The notes below the pieces were generated by a model. That model did not search any database and was not told the origin of the DNA. It saw only the letters and a list, made by a program, of their open reading frames with translations. Positions 30,034 through 40,189 of a stretch of 40,246 bases of DNA are shown piece after piece (the stretch's first letter is position 1; each line of letters begins with the position of its first letter). Location of the stretch: sequence record SRR31156797_8480; one strand, 5' to 3'. The position numbers were made by a program, and so were the translations under genes.

Positions 30034-31535
30034 GCTGCTTCCTCGTTCACCGTTTTACCTACGGCACACGCTAATAGGTTCTCTTGGTTGGCGTCTTTCG
30101 CGTCAAATTCACCGCTGATTCGACCTTCGTGCATCACGATGATACGGTCGCTCATTCCTAGTACTTCTGGCATCTCTGAAGAGACAAGAATGATGCTCAT
30201 GCCATCTGCTTTAAACTTATTGATTAATTGGTAGATTTCTTTTTTCGCACCCACATCAACACCACGGGTTGGTTCATCAAGAATCAGAACTTTAGGTTTA
30301 GTGATTAAACCTTTCGCAATGGCGACCTTCTGTTGGTTACCGCCAGAAAGATTGCCGATGATCTGCTCTTTGGATGGTGTTTTGATGTTGAACAGTTTGA
30401 TGAAGTCTTCAACTGCGGTTGCTTCGTCACCGTGTTGGATTTGAATTCCTTTGGACAACTTGTCCAAAGCGCTCAGAGACATGTTTTCTTTTACTGAAAG
30501 GCCAAGTACCAGACCATCGCCTTTACGGTCTTCAGAAATATAGGCAATACCGTTGATCAAACCGTCCTGAGGACTTACTGGATTGATTGTTTTGCCGTTC
30601 AGGTTAATGACACCGCGTTCTGAAGGTAGTGCGCCGTAGATGACTTTCATCAGCTCTGTACGACTCGCACCCATTAAACCAGAAACGCCTAAAATTTCGC
30701 CTTTCTTCAAGGTAAAGCTCACATCGTGAACACCTGAGCCCGTCAACCCAATCACTTCTAAACAGGTATCACCATGTTTAACGTCAATGCGTGGGTATTG
30801 CTCTTCAAGTTTGCGGCCAACCATCATCTCGATAAGACCATCTTCATTGATGTCGGTAACTGGGCATTCGCCAATGAATTTTCCGTCTCGGAGAACAGTA
30901 ACGTCATCGCAGATTTGGAAGATCTCTTTCAGGCGGTGAGAGATATAAACAATGCCGCAACCTTGATCACGAAGCTCGTTGATCACTTTAAACAGAGACT
31001 CAGTTTCGGTATCGGTTAATGCGTCCGTTGGCTCATCCATGATGATGACTTTCGATTCAAACGATAGTGCTTTCGCAATTTCTACCATCTGTTGTTCACC
31101 AAGGCTTAGTTCACCCAGTGGAGTTTTTGAGCTGTATTTGACGTTTAGGCGCGCGAGAAGTTTGTCCGCTTCAAGATACATCTCATTCCACAGAATTCGG
31201 CCCAGCGCACTGGTTTTTTCCCTGCCGAGAAAAATATTTTCCGCAATCGTTAACTCAGGAATCAAATTGAGTTCCTGGTGAATAATGCTGATACCAGCGT
31301 GCTGAGAATCACGTGGACCTTCAAAACTTGCGGCTTGCCCTTGATACTCGATGTTGCCTGCATCTTTGCTGTAGATGCCAGTAAGTACTTTCATCAAAGT
31401 CGACTTACCCGCACCGTTTTCACCCATAAGCGCCATAACACGTCCTGGGTAAACTCGCAGACCAGCTTGGTCCAGTGCTTTAACACCAGGGAACGCTTTG
31501 TCGATGTTGGTGAGCGCTAATATTGGTTGAGTCAT
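30030..31535 (-). CDS. rbsA: Ribose ABC transporter ATP-binding protein (tandem NBD)
   Basis: [13 protein letters not shown] twice, [12 protein letters not shown] spacing favours ATG 31535. Confidence 0.96.
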   Translation of the reverse strand: MTQPILALTNIDKAFPGVKALDQAGLRVYPGRVMALMGENGAGKSTLMKVLTGIYSKDAGNIEYQGQAASFEGPRDSQHAGISIIHQELNLIPELTIAENIFLGREKTSALGRILWNEMYLEADKLLARLNVKYSSKTPLGELSLGEQQMVEIAKALSFESKVIIMDEPTDALTDTETESLFKVINELRDQGCGIVYISHRLKEIFQICDDVTVLRDGKFIGECPVTDINEDGLIEMMVGRKLEEQYPRIDVKHGDTCLEVIGLTGSGVHDVSFTLKKGEILGVSGLMGASRTELMKVIYGALPSERGVINLNGKTINPVSPQDGLINGIAYISEDRKGDGLVLGLSVKENMSLSALDKLSKGIQIQHGDEATAVEDFIKLFNIKTPSKEQIIGNLSGGNQQKVAIAKGLITKPKVLILDEPTRGVDVGAKKEIYQLINKFKADGMSIILVSSEMPEVLGMSDRIIVMHEGRISGEFDAKDANQENLLACAVGKTVNEEAA

Positions 31536-31564
31536 ACTCATTCCTCAATCGTCGTAGGGGGAGG

Positions 31565-31984
31565 TTAAAAAACCACGCCAGCTTGGAAAATGACGTTTGC
31601 GTATGGCGTACATTCGCCCGTTCTCACTACTGCTCGGCTGTCTTGAGTGCGTACTTTGAATTCTTCATGGGAGACATAGGCGATTTCAATTTGTTTGCCG
31701 CAGCGTGCTTCTTCATTTTTCAATTCTTGAAGGAGAGCCGTATGCAGTTCAGGGCTCACTTGAGCGAATTCATTTGCCATAACCACGCCTTCAATTTGGG
31801 ACTCAGAAAGAATAACGCGAACTGTATCTAGGAAACTTGGAATGCCGTGAGTCAAAGCAAGGTCAATGCGTAGCGTTTCTTCTGGAATCGGTAAACCAGC
31901 GTCACAAATAGTAATTTCGTCAGTGTGACCTAACGTTGATGTTAAATAAGACAGTTCGGAGTTAAGTAGGGCGCTTTTTTTCAT
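31565..31984 (-). CDS. rbsD: D-ribose pyranase
   Basis: GHTDEITICDAGLP, RTGECTPYAN. Confidence 0.96.
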   Translation of the reverse strand: MKKSALLNSELSYLTSTLGHTDEITICDAGLPIPEETLRIDLALTHGIPSFLDTVRVILSESQIEGVVMANEFAQVSPELHTALLQELKNEEARCGKQIEIAYVSHEEFKVRTQDSRAVVRTGECTPYANVIFQAGVVF

Positions 31985-32060
31985 GGTTTTACCTTTATTT
32001 TAAGATTGTTCAGCGGTGGGGAGCATCGAGTTCCTCATGCTGTAACGGTAAAAAAACTCG

Positions 32061-32080
32061 TCATCGAAACGTTTCGATGA
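32061..32080. promoter_or_regulatory. RbsR operator
   Basis: Perfect 20-bp palindrome TCATCGAAACGTTTCGATGA upstream of rbsD, LacI-type CGAAACGTTTCG core. Confidence 0.9.
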
Positions 32081-32123
32081 GATCCTAGCGCAACCTTTGC
32101 AGTGATGATAGTGGTCCGTTTTT

Positions 32124-32145
32124 GAATGTGATTTCGATCTGAAAG
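32124..32145. promoter_or_regulatory. Probable CRP site of the rbs promoter
   Basis: TGTGA-TTTCGA-TCTGA (8/10 of TGTGA-N6-TCACA) upstream of the operator. Confidence 0.5.
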
Positions 32146-32282
32146 TTTGTGGGATTTGCATTAAAAAACTTGATAATGCTCACTGAATGGCTTCGGTAGA
32201 TCCATGTAATGGGAGTAAATTGGTGCGTAACAAGGCAGAATCAGTCATCTATAATTAAAGCAACAAAGATAGGGGGAGTAAT

Positions 32283-32534
32283 ATGGAACAATTAGAGTTC
32301 TTTAATGTGCCTAGCCCCTGTGTGGGTGTCTGTTCTGTCGATGAGAAAGGTTACTGCAAGGGGTGTATGCGAAAACGTGAGGAGCGGTTTGGGTGGCTAG
32401 ACATGACACCAGCGCAACAGCTTCATGTGATTAAGCTATGCCGTCAACGTTATCGTCGCAAAATGGCACAAAGTAAAGCTTCTCAGCAAGAAAGGGCTTC
32501 CGAGAAAGAAAGCCCACAGCAAGATTTGTTTTGA
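32283..32534 (+). CDS. DUF1289 family small cysteine-rich (predicted Fe-S) protein
   Basis: SPCVGVC...GYCKGCMR..ER..W; GGGGAG RBS. Confidence 0.85.
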   Translation: MEQLEFFNVPSPCVGVCSVDEKGYCKGCMRKREERFGWLDMTPAQQLHVIKLCRQRYRRKMAQSKASQQERASEKESPQQDLF

Positions 32535-32560
32535 ACAAAAAAACAGCAGTTAGATTGGTG

Positions 32561-32788
32561 TTACTTCATGTTCCAGCGGTCACTGACCCAACCACCGGCA
32601 TGGGAATCAAAGTGTGTCCCAATAAATTTGCTATCTAAGTCTCTCGCAGGTTCAGCTTCGCGTTGCTCGGAAATCATTGATCGGATGTAACAGGCCATAG
32701 GGTCTGTCGGGTCGGCGCTGTTTGATTGTGCTCTTGTTGCGACTTCTTTGATTAATTGCAGGCGATAGCTGTTACTCACGCGTTTCAT
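32561..32788 (-). CDS. Small hypothetical protein (75 aa)
   Basis: GGAGG RBS before ATG 32788; ends GTHFDSHAGGWVSDRW. Confidence 0.7.
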   Translation of the reverse strand: MKRVSNSYRLQLIKEVATRAQSNSADPTDPMACYIRSMISEQREAEPARDLDSKFIGTHFDSHAGGWVSDRWNMK

Positions 32789-32949
32789 TTTGACCTCCGT
32801 TAACAATGTACCAATAGAAAAATTAGGATCTGGTTGTTTTTTAGTCAATGCGATCTTTCCATACTTTTTCTAATGGATATTGCTAAAGCACGTCTCGATA
32901 TACGCTGTACTAGCTGACTTTTACGATAAGTTGCCAGTTTGTCTCAGTT

Positions 32950-34047
32950 TTAATCCAGTGATTTTTTGAAGCGTTGCGATGAAACAATGAGTCCTAACAG
33001 GGTAAAAGCTGCCAGCCAGGCAGTATCTTTCCACAAATCTATCAGGTCTGCGCCTCGTAATACGATGCCTCGAATTAAGCGCATGAAGTGGGTCGCAGGA
33101 AGAATTTCAGCAATCCACTGGGCAATCACCGGCATTCCTTCATAAGGGAAGATGAATCCTGAGAGCAGAATCGATGGAAGAAGGATAAACACCGTCATTT
33201 GCATCGCTTGAAGTTGGGTATTCGCCATGGTAGAAATCATCAAGCCCAGCGTCAAACTTGCAGAGATAAACAGTAAAGTGCCAAACAAGATTTGGCTGAT
33301 ATCACCGTTGATAGGAACGGAGAAAATGAAGTGACCAAGCCCCAGAATGATGAATACCTGAATCAGTCCGACGAAAATATAAGGGACTATTTTGGCGATC
33401 ATCAGCTCGATAGGGTGAACTGGGGTAGTGATCAGTAGTTCAAGGTTACCGCGCTCACGCTCTCTTACGATGGCGGCACTAGTGAACAGAATCATAGTCA
33501 TGGTCAAAATTACACCTAATAACCCAGGCACAATATTAACGGCAGAACGGCGGCTTGGGTTATACAGCAGAGTGACTTCAAATGTAGGCGTAACCGCAGG
33601 TTTTATGTCAAAGTCATAATCGGTGAGGGGCATCGCTTTTAATCCCATAATGGAACCCGCAATGATGGTATCTGAACCGTCCACTAACCATTGACCTAAC
33701 TCGCGTCCTTGTTGCAATCGTTGAACTAAATCCTTTGGCAGAATAAGTGCCGCTCTGACATGACCTTGTTCAATCGCTTGCTCTGCTTGCTGAGCTGTCG
33801 CGTATTGCTCTTTTATAGTGACGACTTGAGTGACTTTTACCGACTCGGTTAATAAACGTCCGAAAGTACTTTGGCTTTGATCCACGACGGCAACAGGAAT
33901 ATTTCGCACATCGGTATTAATGGCAAATCCAAACAGTAGTAGCTGGATGAGAGGAATCATCACTACCATGCCAAACGTTATACGGTCACGAGATAGTTGG
34001 CGGAACTCTTTGACCATCACGGCTTTCATTCGATATAAACTGTTCAT
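32950..34047 (-). CDS. ABC-2 type exporter permease (YbhS/YbhR-like)
   Basis: KEFRQLSRD, RERERGNLELLITTP, LSGFIFP. Confidence 0.9.
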   Translation of the reverse strand: MNSLYRMKAVMVKEFRQLSRDRITFGMVVMIPLIQLLLFGFAINTDVRNIPVAVVDQSQSTFGRLLTESVKVTQVVTIKEQYATAQQAEQAIEQGHVRAALILPKDLVQRLQQGRELGQWLVDGSDTIIAGSIMGLKAMPLTDYDFDIKPAVTPTFEVTLLYNPSRRSAVNIVPGLLGVILTMTMILFTSAAIVRERERGNLELLITTPVHPIELMIAKIVPYIFVGLIQVFIILGLGHFIFSVPINGDISQILFGTLLFISASLTLGLMISTMANTQLQAMQMTVFILLPSILLSGFIFPYEGMPVIAQWIAEILPATHFMRLIRGIVLRGADLIDLWKDTAWLAAFTLLGLIVSSQRFKKSLD

Positions 34048-34970
34048 TGGCGGCCTTTCCCGGTAACGGTGACAAACACGTCTTCTAAACTTGGTCGGGC
34101 GAGTGCAAGCTCTGCGTTGACTAAACTGGGTTCAATTGACTTTAGCCATTCAATCGGCTGTTCTACTTTTTTGTGGATCAGTACTCGTAACCGTACGCCT
34201 AACTGAGCGGCAGAACGCACTTCTGGTCTTGTTAGCAGTGATTCTTTTAGTTGGCGTAAGTTGTTGGCTTTGACTTCGATGATGTTCACACCCATTTGCG
34301 TCATCAGTTTTTCAGGTTCGTCATCGGCTCGGATTTCACCTGACTCCATAATCGCTAACCGATGGCAACGCTCCGCTTCGTCCATGTAGTGAGTTGTTAC
34401 TAGAATCGTGGTGCCTTGTGAGGATAAGTCGAACAGTTGTTCCCAAAACTCTCGGCGATTTTCCGGGTCGACAGCAGAAGTCGGTTCATCGAGGAACAGT
34501 AGCTCAGGATTATGCATAGTGGCAGCCGCCAAAGCCAAGCGTTGTTTTTGGCCGCCACTCATACTGGACACACGTTGCTTTCTACGCTCATCCAGCCCAT
34601 ACGTTTTAAGTTGCTGATGGGTTCGAAGCTTAAGCTCCTTTTTGTTCATACCAAAAATTTGACCCATGAATTGCAAGTTTTCTTCAACCGTCAACTCATC
34701 ATAAAGGGAGAACTTCTGCGTCATGTAGCCTATCTTTAAGCGCAATTGTTCTGATTGTTTAGGGATCTCCAGACCGAGAACGTTGACGGCACCTGAAGTG
34801 GGGCTAAGAAGCCCGGTTAGCACTCGGATGGTGGTCGATTTACCACAGCCATTGGGGCCTAGAAAACCGTATATGCTACCTTTGGGAACATTTAAGTTGA
34901 TGCCTTCAATCGCGGTAAAATCGCCGAATTTTTTGACGATTTGCTTGGCTTGAATTGCGTATTCAGTCAT
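34044..34970 (-). CDS. ABC exporter ATP-binding protein
   Basis: GPNGCGKST, MSGGQKQR, LDEPT, TTHYMDEA. Confidence 0.92.
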   Translation of the reverse strand: MTEYAIQAKQIVKKFGDFTAIEGINLNVPKGSIYGFLGPNGCGKSTTIRVLTGLLSPTSGAVNVLGLEIPKQSEQLRLKIGYMTQKFSLYDELTVEENLQFMGQIFGMNKKELKLRTHQQLKTYGLDERRKQRVSSMSGGQKQRLALAAATMHNPELLFLDEPTSAVDPENRREFWEQLFDLSSQGTTILVTTHYMDEAERCHRLAIMESGEIRADDEPEKLMTQMGVNIIEVKANNLRQLKESLLTRPEVRSAAQLGVRLRVLIHKKVEQPIEWLKSIEPSLVNAELALARPSLEDVFVTVTGKGRQ

Positions 34971-34982
34971 CAGTGCCTCCGA

Positions 34983-35927
34983 TTAAGGTAAGTCTACTTG
35001 CGCGGGAATCCCGGAAGGGAGGCTTTGTGCTTCATCAGTTAAATCGATTTCTGCAAGATACATTAATCTTGCTCGTTCGCTTTCAGTCAACGCGTAATAA
35101 GGAGTAAACGACGGTTCATTTGCTACCCAACGAACGGTGCCTTGATAGGGTTGATCTACACCATCGACATGAACCGCAACGGACTTGCCTTGAGTGAACT
35201 TAACGCGATAAGGTTCGGGTACATAAACTCGTGCATAAGGCGCGCTATTTGCCTGAACAATAGCAACGATGCTGCCAGTCGAAACACGTTCACCTAAGTT
35301 GTAAGGTAAGTTATCTAAAATGCCATCGCGGGTTGAAACAATAGTTAATTCGGCCAGTATTTGCTGTTGTACTTTGGTGTTTGCTTCTGCTGCCGCATAT
35401 TCTGCTTTGGCTTGCTCTATATCTTCCACCCGGGTACCTGCGGTGAGTTTGGCAAATTCTTCTTTCGCGGAATCGACTTCCGCTCTTGCTGAATCTCTTG
35501 CGGCTAATGCGCTGTCTCTTTCTGATTGACTGATCAGCTTTTTCGCCACCAGTTCAGATTTTCGACGATAGTTTTTATTGGCTTCAGTGAGCTTTGCGTT
35601 GGCGAGGGTTACTTTGGCTTGTGCAACCGCAATGTCTTCGGGTCTCTCGCCATTGGTCAGTTTGGTCAAATAAGCTTGCGCTTTGGATTGCTGTGCTATG
35701 GCTTGAGCGACAACCGCATCTTGGCGTGTCGTATCTAAGCGAACCAGAATATCACCGACGGAAACTTGGCTGCCTCCTTTAATGGGCAGCGCTCTTATGA
35801 TTTCATTACTGGTTGCTGAAAAAGTCACTCTATCACGTTCTAAAGTACCTAGAGCTTGAGCATCGGAGCTGGGATTGCACCCAGCAATTAGGGGAATTAG
35901 CAGTAGAAGCGAAGCGTATAATTTCAT
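34983..35927 (-). CDS. HlyD-family periplasmic adaptor (YbhG-like lipoprotein)
   Basis: Lipobox IAGC, lipoyl half-motifs around a helical hairpin, SFTPY. Confidence 0.88.
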   Translation of the reverse strand: MKLYASLLLLIPLIAGCNPSSDAQALGTLERDRVTFSATSNEIIRALPIKGGSQVSVGDILVRLDTTRQDAVVAQAIAQQSKAQAYLTKLTNGERPEDIAVAQAKVTLANAKLTEANKNYRRKSELVAKKLISQSERDSALAARDSARAEVDSAKEEFAKLTAGTRVEDIEQAKAEYAAAEANTKVQQQILAELTIVSTRDGILDNLPYNLGERVSTGSIVAIVQANSAPYARVYVPEPYRVKFTQGKSVAVHVDGVDQPYQGTVRWVANEPSFTPYYALTESERARLMYLAEIDLTDEAQSLPSGIPAQVDLP

Positions 35928-36271
35928 AACAGGCATCCAAAGTTAATCTGTCTACAAAGTAACCTAATCGCGTTGTTTACCCAATAAGTTTATGTTCAGA
36001 AAGCGGTTTTTATACAGATTATACTTACCGCAGTGGCAACATGATTCTCAAATTAGAAGATTGCTTTTAGCCCGGGTAAATAAAATAGTGGTGTTCAAGT
36101 TTTAAAACATCATTTTGATCGCAGATTTTAATGTTTGATATTTTAAGTTCGAAATTTGAACATCTACTCTCATAAACGTTATTGGTCGTTAACGTACGGT
36201 TTGAGTTTCTTCTTATGATTTATCCCGATATTTCAGTTTGTTAACGGTGTAAATCGAGATAAGGAATCAAC

Positions 36272-39142
36272 GTGAGACTATTTAAATACTCTTTACTTGC
36301 CATTTCTCTAATGGCTGCTGTCGGCTGTAAAGATAGTGCCCCGACAGTTTCAGATAATAATAAAAATGCCCAAACGGAAGCGGCTGAGGAGCAAAGTTCA
36401 AGAGCTAAAGCCCTGACAGTGGCAACAGAGGCCGATTTTGAAACGCTAAAACAGCGAGTGATTCCTGATTTTGTCGCGGGCTCAGTCGCCTCAGCAAAGA
36501 AGCAAGGTTCGACACTTGAAGCGTTGGCACAGGAGCACTTTGCCGCTCTATCTGAAGATGGTTCTTGGGCAGACGTAAATTATAAGCAAGTAGAAAAGCC
36601 AGGCTGGCAACCCAGTGTGCACTTAAATCGACTGGTTATCATGGCCGCTCAGTATAATCAGAACCCGAAAGCAAAACTCGGTGAAGCGGTAAGCAAAGCG
36701 ATAGAGTTCTGGATTGACGCGAATCCACAAAGTTGGAACTGGTGGTGGCATGACATCGGGATTCCCAAACGTATCGGTTACAGTGCGGTAATGGCGAAAG
36801 GCGCACTCAATGAACAACTGTTGGCAAAAGTCGCGAACTACTTACCAGATACCCCTAACTATTCGCCGAACAACCCAAATAGTCCAATCCCTAAAGCGGC
36901 TAATCGTACCGATATCGCGCTTGCGGTATTAAACCGTGGTTTATTGGTCGGCGATTCTGAAATGGTTGGTAATGCCATTTCAGACATTGAAGCAACAATC
37001 GGCGTTGGTACGGCGGCAGGCATCCAGCACGACTTTTCATTCCATCAGCATGGTCCTCAACTTTATACCTCGGGTTATGGGCCAGTTTGGTTCAGTGCAG
37101 CGGCGAAATGGGCCAATTTTGTTGATGGTTTACCGTGGCAATTTGCACCCGAGAAAGTGGATATCTTAGTTTCCTACATGATGGATGGACAGCGTTGGTC
37201 TAAACGTCACGGGCAGTGGGACTACAACACAATGAGCCGTGGTATCAGTCGGGTGAAGAAAACAGAAAATCAAGCACGTACTAGCCAAACACTACCAGAA
37301 AACACGCCGATGGATATTGTCGCTAAATGGGCTCCTGAGCGTGCTAAAGAAGCGATGGAGTTTAAACAGCATGAGTATGGTGATGCAGACTCGGGCTTGA
37401 ATGGCTTTAAGCATTTCTGGCGCAGTGACTATTCAGTCAAAGCTGCTGATGGTCATATGTTCAGTATTGGCATGAACTCGAATCGTGTTGAGCCGGCAGA
37501 AGCGGGGAATGGCGAGAACCTTAAAGGTTTTTGGTTGAGTTTTGGTAGCACTTTCTTACTTCAACGCGGCAATGAATATCATAATATTTTCCCAGTGTGG
37601 GATTGGTCACTAGTGCCTGGTGTTACCGCTCCTGAGTATGTATCTCAGTCTGCGGATTGGGGCCGTATTATGCAGCCAAATGTCTCATTTGTTGGTGGTG
37701 TATCCAACGGTAAGTATGGTGTGTCTGTTATGGATTTAGATATCACAATACGACATGCTGAGACGGCGCATTCTACACAACCAAACTTCTATGCGTATGG
37801 GAAAGGTAAAGGTCACACAACGGCTAAGAAAGCTTGGTTTAGCTTTGCTGACGAAGTGGTAGCACTCGGTGCAGGAGTGGACTCGACTCACCATGAACCA
37901 GTGAATACCGCGGTTAACCAAACGTTGCTGAATGGAGAAGTCACTGTTGATGGACAGGTTCTCAACAAAGGCCAACAGATAGTTGAGAATGCAAACTGGG
38001 TTCATCACGACAATGTGGGTTATGTGTTCCCGCAAGGCTGGAAAGGCCTGGTCTCTAATCAGGAGCAACAGGGCAATTGGAAAGCGATACGTAATGCGAG
38101 CAAGCCTGATACTGTGACTGAAGAGGTGTTTACACTAGCGATCTCTCATGGTGTTCAACCACAGAACAGTGATTACCAATACATTATTGTTCCAGGCCAA
38201 GATGTTAAACAGACAGCGACTTACGCTTCGGATATTCCTGTCTCGGTTCTGGAAAACAATAAGCAGCTACAGGCGGTTCAGCATAAAGCGCTTGAAGTTA
38301 CCAGCATTGTTTTCCATCAGGCAGGTGCTATTGAGTTAGATTCTGGTGTGGTGATTAAAGCTAACTTACCAAGTATCGTGATGGTGGATGAAAGTGGAGA
38401 GAAGCCAAGATTAACGGTTTCGACTCCGGGGCAAGCTTTTGCACCATTAACACTTGAATTGGAATCAAAGCAATATGGTAACGTCGTTCACTCTATTGTG
38501 ACGCCTGGTGGTGAAGCTTACTTAGGGCAAAGCATCAGTTTTGCTTGGAATGATCACGTTGACAATTCGGAGCGCAAAGCGATTCAAGCGGCTGAGCAAA
38601 AAGTATTAGCAGACGAATCAGAGTTTGTACTGATCACAGAAGCAGACAGTGAGATTCAAGGTGGAAAATACGCTGATGAAAACTTCGATATTGTTTCTCG
38701 TTGGGATCTTTACGTTGGTCAGATTGCCGATAAAGAGTCTACTAAGCCAGAAGCGACCAAAACGTCTAAGTCTGTTGTTAAGTTTAACTTAGAACGTGTT
38801 GCAGAAACTCCGGTGAAAAAGGCTACGTTAAAGCTCCATGTACGAGACGTTGCGGGTGCTGAATCTCAAGTCATTCAGTTGTTAAAGTTGGAAAACAACA
38901 ACTGGCAAGAAACTCAAGTGACTTGGAATCAGGTTGAGGGTGCAGGCGTAGCTGTTGATAAAAACTTCACCATAGCCGCTGGCGACAAAAAGAAATGGGT
39001 TGAGATGGATGTTACCGAGCTCGTTAACCAAACTCGTACTAACGGCGCTCTAAGTTTGATGCTTGAAAACAAGAGTGAAGGTTATGTGGCATTCGGTTCA
39101 GATGAAACCGAGCAACAACCAAGACTGGACATTCAGCGATAA
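36272..39142 (+). CDS. Polysaccharide lyase family 8 (chondroitin AC/hyaluronate lyase-like) lipoprotein with a C-terminal DNRLRE/CBM96-like domain
   Basis: Lipobox AVGC, NWWWHDIGIP, ANRTD, DFSFHQHGPQLYTSGYG (catalytic His/Tyr), SRGISR, WDWSLVPGVT, AKKAWF; C-terminal ATLKLH..W.E..VTWN..DVT..P.L pattern; AAGGA RBS before GTG. Confidence 0.9.
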   Translation: MRLFKYSLLAISLMAAVGCKDSAPTVSDNNKNAQTEAAEEQSSRAKALTVATEADFETLKQRVIPDFVAGSVASAKKQGSTLEALAQEHFAALSEDGSWADVNYKQVEKPGWQPSVHLNRLVIMAAQYNQNPKAKLGEAVSKAIEFWIDANPQSWNWWWHDIGIPKRIGYSAVMAKGALNEQLLAKVANYLPDTPNYSPNNPNSPIPKAANRTDIALAVLNRGLLVGDSEMVGNAISDIEATIGVGTAAGIQHDFSFHQHGPQLYTSGYGPVWFSAAAKWANFVDGLPWQFAPEKVDILVSYMMDGQRWSKRHGQWDYNTMSRGISRVKKTENQARTSQTLPENTPMDIVAKWAPERAKEAMEFKQHEYGDADSGLNGFKHFWRSDYSVKAADGHMFSIGMNSNRVEPAEAGNGENLKGFWLSFGSTFLLQRGNEYHNIFPVWDWSLVPGVTAPEYVSQSADWGRIMQPNVSFVGGVSNGKYGVSVMDLDITIRHAETAHSTQPNFYAYGKGKGHTTAKKAWFSFADEVVALGAGVDSTHHEPVNTAVNQTLLNGEVTVDGQVLNKGQQIVENANWVHHDNVGYVFPQGWKGLVSNQEQQGNWKAIRNASKPDTVTEEVFTLAISHGVQPQNSDYQYIIVPGQDVKQTATYASDIPVSVLENNKQLQAVQHKALEVTSIVFHQAGAIELDSGVVIKANLPSIVMVDESGEKPRLTVSTPGQAFAPLTLELESKQYGNVVHSIVTPGGEAYLGQSISFAWNDHVDNSERKAIQAAEQKVLADESEFVLITEADSEIQGGKYADENFDIVSRWDLYVGQIADKESTKPEATKTSKSVVKFNLERVAETPVKKATLKLHVRDVAGAESQVIQLLKLENNNWQETQVTWNQVEGAGVAVDKNFTIAAGDKKKWVEMDVTELVNQTRTNGALSLMLENKSEGYVAFGSDETEQQPRLDIQR

Positions 39143-39165
39143 GTAAAAAACAACTCACTAAAGTT

Positions 39166-39193
39166 AAACGGTGGCTTCAGCCACCGTTTTTTT
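39166..39193 (+). terminator. Rho-independent terminator of the PL8 gene
   Basis: CGGTGGC-TTCA-GCCACCG followed by T7. Confidence 0.9.
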
Positions 39194-39289
39194 GTCTGTT
39201 GCTTAGATACGCCTGCTCTAGATCAAATCAAGATTTAAGCAATAGAGTATGGTTAGGTGTTTCATGGATGAGTACCCGAAGGACTAACA

Positions 39290-39460
39290 ATGAATCGATG
39301 TGGCCAATGCCGTCAGTTCACCAGAACACCTGACAATCAAAAAGACTTATGTGGCGCGTGGGAACAACCTACTTTGGCAACACGTGACGCGTGCGAATTT
39401 TTTATGCCAAAGAAGCCGCTTCGTGATGATGGTAATAGCATCACAAAGCGGCAGCCCTGA
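39290..39460 (+). CDS. 56-aa four-cysteine small protein (putative Zn or Fe-S binding), absent from the ORF track
   Basis: MNRCGQCRQFTRTPDNQKDLCGAWEQPTLATRDACEFFMPKKPLRDDGNSITKRQP; AAGGA RBS; fills the gap between the terminator and the convergent gene. Confidence 0.7.
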   Translation: MNRCGQCRQFTRTPDNQKDLCGAWEQPTLATRDACEFFMPKKPLRDDGNSITKRQP

Positions 39461-39468
39461 TTGATGGT

Positions 39469-40131
39469 TTAGTGGTTACTTTTCGCTTCCAGTTTATCTA
39501 ACAGAGCCTTTTTCGGTTTGGCAACAACACCATAAATAAAGGCCAAGGGTAGGCCGACTGCAAGCAGCAGAATAATCGATACGACGATGATTAAGGTAAT
39601 AATGAGTTTCCACATCACGTTATCGAGAACATTAATCGAAATATCGGGAATGTGTCCTTTAGAGACATCAAACAGTTTCTCGGTATTGGCGACGAATTCT
39701 GGATACTGAGCAAGAATCTCCAGTAAGTCGTTGTTTATCGACTGTACACTGCCAGCAATTCCTTCCAATGATGCATTGACTTGCGGTAACTCTTTCGCGG
39801 TTTTAGGAATGGTTTCGACCATATTGTTGACGGAGTTGGTTAGCTGGGTAGCACTACTGATCATTTCCGATAAATGTTGCTGATTCTGCGGCGATAGCTC
39901 GACATTGCTTTGCGCTAAAGTATCCAACGATCCAGACAACGCCTGCATAGCCTCAGCCAATTTTTGGGTCGCTTCCCCAACAGTGGTTAGCTCTACATTC
40001 ACTGAGTCAACTTTGACATCTAAAACGGGCGATTTTTTGGCTGCTGTGGTTTCAACGACGTCTTCAGCGTGGAGAGAGAGGCTAAACATAAGCGGTAGCA
40101 GTAGGGAGAATTTGAGAATTTGAGATTTCAT
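39469..40131 (-). CDS. Hypothetical exported helical/coiled-coil protein with C-terminal membrane anchor
   Basis: Signal peptide ending SLHA from ATG 40131, heptad-rich middle, long hydrophobic C-terminal segment followed by basic residues. Confidence 0.7.
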   Translation of the reverse strand: MKSQILKFSLLLPLMFSLSLHAEDVVETTAAKKSPVLDVKVDSVNVELTTVGEATQKLAEAMQALSGSLDTLAQSNVELSPQNQQHLSEMISSATQLTNSVNNMVETIPKTAKELPQVNASLEGIAGSVQSINNDLLEILAQYPEFVANTEKLFDVSKGHIPDISINVLDNVMWKLIITLIIVVSIILLLAVGLPLAFIYGVVAKPKKALLDKLEAKSNH

Positions 40132-40189
40132 GATTTGGGTCTCAGCAGGATAGTATTGCAATTATTATAAGCATGAAACGAGATACATA

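Noticed and set aside
30655-30690. RbsA second Walker A reads [10 protein letters not shown]
   Set aside because: This site is naturally degenerate in tandem sugar ABC ATPases, so it is not evidence of inactivation
39214-39240. FNR-like site upstream of the four-Cys small ORF
   Set aside because: Only an ATCAA half-site; spacing to TAGAT is 3 bp, not 4
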